Below, one piece after another: positions 35,996 to 47,450 of a stretch of 64,000 nucleotides of DNA (the stretch's first letter is position 1; the number at the start of each line of letters is the position of its first letter). The notes under the pieces were generated by a model that saw only the letters and a list, made by a program, of their open reading frames with translations, had not been told where the DNA came from and did no database searches. Both the position numbers and the translations under genes were made by a program. The DNA comes from Pocillopora damicornis (Eukaryota), in NCBI RefSeq assembly GCF_003704095.1, contig NW_020846901.1, positions 62,001-126,000 of the forward strand, in the 5' to 3' direction.

Positions 35996-38900
35996 ATGGA
36001 TCCTGAGGAAGTGAAAGTTGTTGGTAAGACATGGTTTCGCTGTTAAAACGTATCTCCAGTCATGGGCAATGTAAAAGATACTCACTTTTCTTTCGCAGTT
36101 TACGCAGCTCGAAATTTACAGCCAAGGAAAGGAGCAGGTACGTCGATGTGTCTTCCGTAATCAATGCGAGCCCTTTTCGCGAAGGTTTCCATGTTGTTAA
36201 TTTAATATCGTGCTGTAATCTTTCAGGTGTATGTAATGCATCGGTTATTTTTGGCATTGGCAAGCAAAAATATCGCACAGAGGCAGTGCGAGATAACGAT
36301 CCCACTTGGAATGAGGAAACTACAATGTGAGTGTAATGTTTCTTGTTTTTTTTCTTTAAAAATACGAATGTCGGGGGATTCATATCATCAACTTTGTGTT
36401 CATTTCTATTAAGGAGAAAATTATGATGGAATATTCGAAAAGTGGTCCTACAAATCAATAAAAACAGGAGCCATTAAGGTTATGGGCTCCTGATAAAAAG
36501 CAATACTTCTGTCTGAAATATAAGAACCGTCGTTTTTAATCGCGATTGAGTAGTCAAAATAAATAGTGCTAAAATAAATCGTGCTTTTCTTATGTAAATC
36601 AATAATGGAAGGTTTATGCTAGGCAAACAGTGCATTTTCACACCTTAACCAGTTTTGATCAAAGGGAAAGGAGTTACAAATTATAAATTTTTTTTGTAAA
36701 TGTAAGCTCTGCATTTCTAAGTAACTGGCTTATTTTCAGTTTAGTGATTTATCCTTGCTGCAGTGCTAAGCGAGAACTTCGTATTCATCAGGAACTAGAA
36801 TGGAGATTTATGGGACTGTATCTGCTTCTATTATCTATTCCTGTACTATTTGCGTTAATAAGAAACATCTGCCTTCAAATTTTGGTCTTTTAAGATTAGC
36901 GGACAGTGATTACGGATTTTTGTGATCCTTTGGAATTAATTATGGAGAGGATCGAGGATTCATTAGTAAAGCTGGATAGTAACATTCTCCAATTACTCCT
37001 AAGTTGAACTGGAGACGATTTTATTTCCAAATTTCCTCATAACAACTTGTGCTTGGGAAGATTCAATGACGTTCACCCCCCCCCCCCCCCCCCAAAAAAA
37101 ATACAAAAACAAAAACCAAAAAACAGTGGAAACCAAATTATTGACGCAACATATTTAAAATTTTGCAAGCAAGAAGGATACAAGAGCCACGAAACAATTA
37201 AAGCTAAAGAACACGTTGATCGCCATTGGGTGACGTTACTTTATGCAAAATAGTTTTAGTGTTGATTTGTTGGAAAGGAGCGAGAGCGGGGGAGAGGGAG
37301 GGGGGAGATCGGCAAAGTTAGCTCTTTGGTTTAGCTGTCGCTCCTAAAACATATCCAAAGAAACGCGCCTCAATTTAATCAAGCGTTAAAGATAAGCACA
37401 TCTTAGTTCTCCTCAGTTAGTTTATTTGCCAAATTAAATACAGTTTCTTTAAGTATATCCATATTTACTGACATCTAAGGTAAAAAAAAAAAACAGGAAA
37501 AAATTATCGAAGACAACACCATCTTTTCTGAAAACACGAATTGTATGTATATCTAGGAGATCATCTTTTTATTTTGTCTCTTCTCTCAGAAAAGTTTCCA
37601 AACCAGCTGCATTGATATTCACAGTGATGGATCGAGAAGACTCCCTTGGCACAGTCAGTTTGCCGCTTGCACAAATCCCCTCCGTGGCTCATCGTCGCCG
37701 ATGGATTCCGTTGACGAGAAAAAATTCCCAAGCTATGGGCGACTTGTGCATCGATTGTTGGGTTCTTTCCTTCAAGAAGGCAGGGGAGGGAAGTAAATGG
37801 AATTCCATAATACCTTTAAAGGGTCGCAAAGGAGGAGGCGGGCGAGATCGCTCCAAACGAAGAGCCTCGATTGAAGCTGCTTCTATTTCTAAGAATGGAT
37901 CAAGGTCGATCGAAAATTTATACTCCAAGCCTGAGCTTACAGTTGACCGTAATTTGGACGATACAAACCCCTTTAAGGCTACTGACTCTGGATTGTCAAG
38001 TCCCAGTCTGTCTCGTAATTCATCGTCCAGTGCCACAAATTTAGCGTCCCTTTCTTTGTTCAAACCGCGTCTCGCCCCCACCTTAGGTCAGGTGCTGTCC
38101 GCCAGTCGTGCTCCGGAGATTACAGGACTCTCTCCAAAATCTGGTCCTTCGTCTGGAGGCACACGGATCACAGTGCGCGGTTGCAACCTGGGCACCTCAA
38201 AAGAAGATATAGCATATATAACTGTCTGTGGTTGTGATCTGTATTCCACACTTGAATACCACAGTCCAGCCAAGCTTGTGGTTGTAACGAAAGCTTGGAA
38301 TGGCTCCGGACCTGTTGTGTTGCAGACTAAGTCTGGTGGACGTGGTACATCGACTCTCGATTTTAAATTTCAGGATAAAGCTTCAGGTGAATAGCTACAT
38401 AGGTAGCCATTGATTTGGCTTATAATTGTTATTGTTGTTGTTTTTGAAAACTTAAATATGGCAAGGGATCGGCACACGATACCATGAAACACGTTTTGTA
38501 CGAATGTACTGAAAATTCTTAAAATCCCTTTTACCAGGATACGCGCGCATAATAGGTGCCAGATGAAATCAGAAATTAAAACTTATTTTACTTCTCATGA
38601 CACCAATGCTAATGACAAAGACCTTAACTAGGACAGAGAAGTTAATTTCGCAGAAGTCACAACTTTGGCTTGTTCGTGGAAAACTCTCCAGGAGCTTATC
38701 AATATCAAAAGGAAACGTTTTCTTCTTTATTGCATTCTACGATCTCTTTAGTTACTTCGTTGGTTAGAGGAAGCTCTCTAAATTTCTTAGATTTTGCTGA
38801 ATCAGCGACTTTCTCCTTCGTGTGAATTGATATTTTTGACACCACAAAATGAGTTAAATTTAGTTTTACTTCTTTCGCATTGTGTGGACAAATCGTGCGA

Positions 38901-39687
38901 TGCGAAAAATTAGCAACATTATCAAAAAAATTTGCGCAACTGCGCTCAATCGTTTACATTTCTGGGGTGAAATATATATTATCATAACCTCGAAATGGAA
39001 TTTATGACGAATCCTCTTCCTAAGTGCTGAGCTTCAAAGTAGCTGTATAATATTCGAAATGTATATTGTGCGGTTAAATCACACATTGTTATGGCAACCA
39101 ACTATGACATCACACCAGAAAACATCTTCAAGTTCACTGAAATAATTTCGTCCAAACTTCTTAAGAATCAGTAGTATACCTACTCAAAGAAATTTAAGTT
39201 CCGAAACAGGTCAGACATAAATCAAATTGTAAATTGTCGATTTTCACTTTTGAACGAAGAAAATAATTTAAAATGTGTTCAGTGTTGGACAAACTGATTC
39301 ATTTTCTCGGCTTTTATACCTTGATCGATAGCGTCAAGCAAAGATTCAAGCAAGAAAGACAAAGCCTCAAGAGCTGACCTTTTAACAGAAATAACACACC
39401 TCAGAGAGGAAATTAATGGTAAGGTTATTCTCTACAATTGATACAGTAACCAATGGTCCTTGCATTGGACTTAAAGGAATTTCATTTATTAAACTATTTC
39501 AAAAGTCTCAATTGACAGATGTTAATTAAGTTTGGGTTAAAACATAAATTGCTCGAGTTTTCTATTTTTTTTTTCAGATTTGGCTGACGAGAATCGTTCA
39601 ATGAAGAACTACATAGATAGACTAATGACGATTCTCATGGAAAAGTTTCCAGAAGTACTAGAAAATTTAGGTTCTTCTGTCCACTGA
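35996..39687 (+). CDS. Class-I Rab11 family-interacting protein-like: C2 domain + NPF + Sec5-like IPT/TIG domain + C-terminal FIP Rab11-binding domain, about 386 aa
   Basis: Exons 35996-36023, 36099-36137, 36227-36326, 37590-38386, 39332-39418, 39578-39687 total 1161 nt in frame. C2: VKVVVYAARNL..IGKQKYRT..PTWNEE..RWIPL. RBD: ENRSMKNYIDRLMTILMEKFPEVLE. IPT: PEITGLSP..TRITVRGCNLG..TKSGGRGTST. Confidence 0.88.
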
Positions 39688-40324
39688 GTGTGTACAAGCC
39701 AGGAGAAAATAAAATATTTTTTCACTAAGAATATTTAAGCCTAGCCAAAATTATTTGTTAGCTGATCAGTGTTTTACTGATCGAACACACGATGCAGTTC
39801 ATTTCCCGTTCTCGCAAAGTGAATAAAATCCCTTCTGCACTCCTAAGTTTAAATTAGATATCACGCTAATTTTTGAAAGGGAAATTGGTCTTCTTCATTT
39901 TCTTGCTCCAGCCATACTAATCAGTTGAAATTGATTAATAAATTTCAAAACATAATTTTCAATTGTTTCTTTCATTATCAAAAAGCTCATAGTATTGGCA
40001 GTCAGTAAACGTAACACTTCCAAAATATACTTGCGTAATTCTTCACCGATTCTGAAACGTTCGGTCTGTTACGAAAGATTATAATTAAACAGTTATCTAT
40101 TTTTTTAAGACTAGCCACAAAAGCAAACTTTCTAAGTGTTTCTTCAGTACAGCGTCTTCCCTATTTGAAACATTCAACCAACTGTAGCTCAAAATTGCGT
40201 TATTGAACTTCTACTAAAAATTGGAGCCGGATATAATTAAATAAAATCAATTGATAATTTCCAATCCCTATGTGTAAAAAACCATTTGACAGGAGCACAT
40301 CACTTCAGATTCTGCTGCTGATAG

Positions 40325-43300
40325 TTAAAAGAAGGCGTCTTTAACCGGTGACAACTTCACCATGACCACCCCTGAGGGATTTACTTTGGCACTAAAGAAA
40401 TTGGTAAACTGACCCAAGTCTTCACGAGCAAACAAGTCTCTGACAGAGGCCGTCTTCGATGTCAATCCAATCTGTAGCACAAAAAAAAAAAAGAAAGGTG
40501 TAGTAATTTTTGACACTGATATGTTACTGGCGACACTTTAATTTTAAACGATAGTGCTAAAACGATGCAATTGTTTCCTATTCTATGAGCAATCAACTCT
40601 TAAACAGCTCTTTCCCTTCCTCCTTAAATTCTGCCCGTTACGCAAGTTACTTGGGCAGTAAGCCATCCAAGCGAACATCTTAAAGGGTTTCAGTGGAACA
40701 GCAAATATTTCAAAGCATGGTTGGCCTTTAGACGTACATGACTCAGAAAAAGAACTTCACAGTTAGATAATAAAATCCCATTATAAAATAGTAATGTCAA
40801 TTCACACAAACCAGTTCAAAATCAGCTTTGATTTCCTGAGCTGAGCCTGCGTTGCGATTAAACAGCACAGCAGCCACACTGCCATCAGACAAGGCACGTG
40901 ACCACACTTCTAGATCTTTTTCAGCGAACTGTTGAGAAAAGCACAACAAAATAACTTAAGAGCAGAATACACGGTTAATTATTAGAAGAGTTGGGGTGCA
41001 GGTCAGTTAGCACAGAGATAAACCAATGACTTGAAGTCTTATTAACTCATGGCATCAAATCTAAGCAAAGCTGTTTTGAGAAGATTTTGGCAATTTCGAA
41101 AGTTTGGCCATTGATGTGGAAAGTGTTTTGTGTTATGATGGAATTAATGAAATAACTTTAGTCAGCGTATGCATTTCCACGTTCCCAAATTAATAGATTC
41201 CATGCGTTTATTCCGCAGTAGATCACGTAAAATAGTAAAAACGTGGCAAGAACAAAAAAGAGGCATACGAAGCGCTGTTGTGTGTGTCACTGATGTCATT
41301 ACCGTATTTTGACGCTATCTATGATCTATTGCTGTAAAGACCCACAGTAACATGAAATCTTTTCGTTTAATAATAAAAACAAAACATTGTCAACGGTGAC
41401 GTCATCAATACGTCTGTCCTCAAAATGCGAGTATAACTCAGCTTATCAAATAACATAAAAAAGTATACCTACCACTCTTCTGCCCATTTTTCCCAGCTTG
41501 TCTTGATCAACAGCAATTACTTCTCTGATGGGTGTACATACAAGAGTAAAATAGAAATATTTACGACCTTTAAGCCAACAAGGAACTTAAACAGCTGTGC
41601 AGCTTGGCCAAAACGACTTTGATTTTTCAGGATTTTCCAAACTCGGACGATCTCACTACGCGATAGGCTAAAACTCTCCTATTGAACCTTGCACGTTAAG
41701 CGATGTAATGAATATACCTGTTTAGAAGAATGTCTGTGGCTTCCTTTGAGATATTCCTCAAATCATTGGACATGATAAGTGGCTGTACATCAGAATAAAG
41801 ACACGTGATCAGTAAATTTGCATATTCAGGAAAAGAATAAAACCACCAAGAAATACGAGGGCGTGATGCAATATGAGGTTGTCTTTCATGGTTTTGTGAC
41901 ATCTGAGATAAATAATCACTTCATTCTGTGGCGCACAAATACAATCTAAGACTGCATTCTCCTATATGTTCCAGAACATGGCACTTGCAGAGCGACATTC
42001 CTTTCGAAAAGATTGATTATTACGAACTTTCCTTTTTTCTTCAGAAGTCTTCGATGGTCTACAGAAAAAATATGGAAGTTACCAGAAAATCCTCACGATC
42101 AGAACACTCTCTGGTTAGCAATCATACCCTTTTAACATGGAAATATTCGGAGCACATTGCTTCTCCACGGCCTAAAAATGCTTGACCAGCACACGGAAAA
42201 AAGGACTCAATCCTGGCTTTATCTGCTTCAACATATCTAATCATACGCACCATACACATCATGACAGTGAAAGAGGCTTAACTTACTGCGGCTAGGATTG
42301 ACCAAAGTGCAAACTGTGCTTTAGATTGTTCGTAGTTTAGCCCAAAATCACCGATGACAAGCTGTAAAGGGAAATTAAAACAAAACTATTAAAAATGTAT
42401 CAAGAGTGATTACCCGAATATCATTGATTTAGTTCTTAATCAAAGAAACTAAAGTTATCACAGTGGCAAATCAGGACGAAGAGCAATATTTCGATAGACA
42501 ACCAGTGGGAGCAGAAACATCCAACCTATTACATGCTTCTGGAGAGAGCTGATACTAAGGGCATCAAGTTCGCTTAATAGCGCGGGAAAACGCGTGTGAT
42601 CAAGGCGCGATTGGATTTAGTTTTGTCTCTGATTGGTTGAGGATGTAACGCGACTTTTTTAGACCAATCACAAAGCAAAGTAAAGCAAAGCCAATGCGAT
42701 TCTGAGTTGCGTTTAAAAATTAAGCGAAAATTGCTCTACGGTTGTGGTATAATATATTGATAACTTGGTATTACAAGCTGGCTGGCTTAGCGTTTTACCA
42801 TATCTGGGTCATTCCAGTGCCCAGGTCCCGCCGCTGCAACGAACGTGTCTTGGTTCTCGGCAAAATGATCCAAAATTCCTAGAACACTATTCCACGAGTC
42901 CTGTTAATGAAGATTGAAAAGTGATGCATAAAAAAACACGGTATAGGTATTGCCAACTCCAAGTAATATGCGCTACACACATTGCATTTCACTTAATACA
43001 ATTACTATTACTACTGGTTTAAACAGAAACAGGATATAACCAGGAAGAATGAGAAGATGAGTAAATACCTTAAATAACAAATACATTTAAATAAATAAAG
43101 AAGAACGAACGGATCAACAAACTCTCCAACCTGCACATCTTGGTAATTTCTCCAGGTGTTGCAGTTTCTAGCAATAGCAGCATAGTCAGGCTGGAATAAA
43201 ACGTATTTTCAGTTCAAGGAATGACTTTGGATGGTGTTATACGGTTGAAATTTATCAAAACCATTCTTCAGTCAACTTATTCTAAACCTTTACTAGTTGA

Positions 43301-46300
43301 TGAACTATCATTCCAATACTCAACAGAAAATTCTTGACAGTTGAAACAGATTCTTCTCCTGAGAAAATTACCCCAAACATTCTAATACATGACATAAAGT
43401 AACCTATTTTGAAATACTCAAGGAGGAAGGTTCTTAGTGCACAAATGCTTGGGGGCAGTGGGGAGGGGAGAGGAGGCAGGCAGGGATGTACCCTGGGAAA
43501 AGCTGGAAGAAGCGCTGCTGAAATGAGCCATTTTGGGCTTTATCCCATTAACTCCCAGAAGTGATGAACATGAAACTTCTCCCCATAATATTCATACATT
43601 ATTCAGCAAACAGGTAATGAGAATATTCAAACTTATCAGGTAGAAGCTGCTATCTTGATCTAACACCACATTCTCATATCTTATTTACAAAGAAATGTGT
43701 AGCAGCTGGAGGGGAGAATTAACAATCAGATCTTGGGAGTTAAAGGTTAACACTAGGATTGATGATCTATTATTTTTCTAACCAGACAGCTACAGTGGTG
43801 AGCAAAGTTGAGATTCTCCATAAAATAGCATAAAATACCTAGCTTGCAGCAATTTTCTCTTAAAATAGTGTTTTTGTCATTTCAAGTCCAGTAAATATAA
43901 AAATTTGTTAATCTAAGCACAAAATAACTTAATAAGTAATACTATTATTGTATCTGTAGTATAACCTTTATTCCAGCTCTGGACTGGTAATCGGGCCATT
44001 CACAGCTGAGTAATATTGGGCGCCCTGTTGCATTTAGAGCTTGAGTAAATTTTGGATAGCCAACATCAAACAGAGCAGGGTCTGCGTAACAACCATCCAC
44101 TTTGAGATAATCCACTTCCCAACTTGCAAATGTCTGAAAAGTATGATTATAATTGAAAAGAAAGAAACAGTGGTACAAAAGGAATAACATGGTCAGTTAC
44201 CCTCACAACTACGAACAAGGGAACCTTGTAATGCAAAGGTTATGGGTTGAAATGCTATTGAAGTTTCTAATTTTCAGTATTGGCCCAGGTTGTTTAAGGC
44301 TAGGTTAAGATAACCCAGGGTTAGTGTGAAATTTGATTTCAGGTATAAAAGCTTTAAAAGGAATTCAGTTCAAATATTTTTGCGTGCAATTTAATCATTG
44401 GATATTCTAAAAAGATTAGGGAAAATTTTCCCTTAAAAGGCTTTTGAACAAAGAAATTAAGAAGCCTGGAATAAAATTTAACCCTAGGTTAGTGCTTATC
44501 CACCTTTGAACAACTGGGTCCTGTCAGATAAATTGGTGATTTTTACAGTGAATATTCAGTGTGGATTTGTACCCAAACTTAACTCCCTGGTCTGGTGCAA
44601 AAGGAATTTCATCTGACACTAATTATGTGTATATTTTCAAGCAGCAAAGAGATGGGAAGAAAGCAAAGCTATAAACCAGTTAATATTGTTTCACATCTAA
44701 TTATCAGAGCTAAACTTGGAAGAAATTCACTGAATATATAGCAGGAAGACTAAGGCATTGATAAGACTTAGGGATAGAGGGGTTAGCAGTCTGTCACACT
44801 GCCTGTAGGTTAAGCAACCCAAGAGGAAGTCAGCATCAGAGTCAGTATTTTCCTTGTATCTAGTAATGATCTTCTCTTGGTTATTAGACCATCAGCCAGT
44901 ATCACTGATGACAGGTCTTTTTAGTAGTGCCTTTACTGGGATGATCATTCTATATGATCAAAAGTGAAGAATATTTTATCAACAGCTTACTTGTGCATCT
45001 TGTTCAATGTGATCAATGCTTCCAGGATAACCAGCACATGTTAAAAAGCCATAATCTGTTAGAGATCATAGAAATAAAGAACAGGGGTATTTATAAAAGA
45101 TGATATTCAGAAAATGAATACGCAAAATTTAATACTACAACACAGATAGCTCACCTTTAATACAAAAAATGTTACCTGTTCAGTTAGCATTAAAAATAAG
45201 TTGTTAAATCTGCTTTCAACTGATCACAGGAAGTAGTTACTTGAAAAGTGACTGATTCAGTCAAAAATACTAACATATTTACACTTTGACTTAAAATTTC
45301 AATCAGTAGATACTCACCAGCATACATTCCAAGTTTCAGTCTTTTACTGTGTAACTAATATAAAGTCGTTAAAAAAGCAAATAAGAATTTTAACAAATTC
45401 AATATAGTGTCATGAAGGAAACAAAACAAACTTATTCTGACACGGGAAAGTCTATAAAGAAACAGTAAAATTTACAATAAAAAATTGGAGACATTCTTGC
45501 CTAGTTAATTGGCTGGTCAAATATTATTATCTGAAAAAGTAACACACCAGATCAGCAGGAGAGTTTTAAGTTAGTAACTCTTCATATTATAACAAGTAAG
45601 AGATACATTATCTTACATAATCTGCCAATGCTTTCATCCCACTTGGAAATCTTGTACTGTTTGGCTGTAGATTGCCAGAAGAATCACGCTTTTTGTTTGA
45701 CCAACAATCCTGAAATATGTGAAGTTAAATCCAACAAGGAAAAAATCATCACCATCATTGCTGTCATCATAATCATGGTTTTTAACCTCGTTATTGTCAT
45801 CAGCATTATTGTTGTCATTATAATGAAATGTTTACATCACATTGAGATTTCAAGAAATCAATGACAACAGTACATTGCAAGAGATTTCAAGGTACTTACA
45901 TCAATGCTAACATATTCATATCCAGCATCTCGATAACCATCTTCAGCAAGATGATCTGCCATCTGCTTGATCAGATGTTCACTAGGACAGATCATAAAAA
46001 AAAGTATTTTCAGCTCCTGGTTAAATTTTAAACGAAAGCTCCCTCTAGAGTTTATAACTTTTCTGCTTGGAACTTTTCTGGTGACTTATGTTTGTACTGT
46101 AGGTGATGAAGATCTCAGGTGAGGTACAGACTCAGCAAGGTTGCTGTTTAGAAAATTATTTAAAAGAATCAGTGAAGACTGTAAACATGTGGTGGCCAAT
46201 TTTTTCAAGCTGGCTATCTGTCTAGTAACCAAAAAGATTGATGTTCTGAGATTGTAACCAATTAAGACTATTTAGGGTACCCAACCCCAGTCAACACCCT

Positions 46301-47106
46301 TTCCTTTCCCCCATCCCTCCCCTCCCATTCCTCGTCTTTGATCAAGAGGTAGCAATGAGAGGGGGAAGGGTCCTGATCTTGTGTCACGCACAAATTTTAG
46401 AAAAATACACGCATCACTTTTTCGTGCGTCACGAATTGTAAAGGAAAAACTTCAAATCCCATCTTACCTTGGCTTCCTGTTAAATTTAAGCGCCGCGTAT
46501 TAATTTTGGGCTCAATGACCTTCGTCACATGTCACCTGCAAACCTTTTGCCACCTTATGTCATTATTTCTAATTTGTACATGACGCTATGGGTGTTTTTA
46601 AGTTGCTAATCCTCTAAAAAATATAAATATATATATTGCAAAAATATTTTTATGCATTCAGTTTTTATTGATCAACACTAAACATTTAATCAGAGAGTGT
46701 GAGATACACTTCCGTACTTTATCTACCATTTCAGTTTGGTACTACGAGAAAATTGTCTTAAAACAACGAACTCACCTTATGCAGTTTTCTGGATCCTTGT
46801 TGCAATCGATGTTGCATCTAAATCTTTCCCAGTCCATCCAGCCCACTGTGCAAATGAAGTAAAACCGAACAATGCATCTGTTACCGTAATTAATTATCTC
46901 AGGGGAAACAAATATGAAATCAGTGTATTCTGCAAGTCAGCAGAATTTAAACAGCCATCTTTTTAAACTTATAAATTGAACTGAGTAACCGTACTTGGTG
47001 GTGTCAGAGCTAAGCCGTTATCCAAACCAACAACTGCATCCTTGTTGGGGAATGTGACTAAAATAACCAGAATTACAGCCGCAAAAACCCAGTGACTATC
47101 CGCCAT
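40325..47106 (-). CDS. GH27 glycosidase paralogue A (alpha-galactosidase/alpha-N-acetylgalactosaminidase family, SCEWP motif), signal peptide, about 414 aa
   Basis: 14 exons: 47106-46995, 46845-46776, 45981-45900, 45709-45617, 45354-45318, 45055-44991, 44133-43966, 43190-43131, 42900-42799, 42361-42287, 41782-41718, 41524-41473, 40928-40812, 40471-40325. Motifs [25 protein letters not shown] (nucleophile), WRNYQD (acid/base) and WNDPDML. Confidence 0.93.
44282..44521. mobile_element. MITE with GGCCCAG(G)TTGTT..AACAACTGGG(T/C)C TIRs
   Basis: Terminal inverted repeats around about 240 bp of non-coding sequence in a GH27-A intron. Confidence 0.65.
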
Positions 47107-47450
47107 GTTCAGTTTCGGTGCGAGAAAATCACGAGATTGCTTGATGCACGGCACTCGCAGCCTGAGAGAGATCTCCCACTCTCCGCGCGAGGGAACAACT
47201 TGCGTGATCTTAACACTCGAGGGAAAATTAATCAGCAAGATAGTATCAATATTTTGTTGAAATCAGTCATTCAGGCAATAAAAATGTGAATTATTTAATT
47301 TTTTTTCCCTTTTGGCTATAGACCGGAAAAAAGTGATGTAAGATAAGAAAACATTTCAAACGGATTTTTTCATAGCACTTTATTCGTTGCAATAATAAAA
47401 ATAAATGAATCAGGAAACTCAAATCAAGAGATACGTGATAGTAAATTATA

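Noticed and set aside
36031-36330. 99-aa ORF as the start of the C2 gene
   Set aside because: Reads through two introns; the spliced model from ATG 35996 restores the C2 first strand.
37689-38273. Minus-strand ORFs of 130 and 61 aa
   Set aside because: Antisense to the large FIP-like exon.
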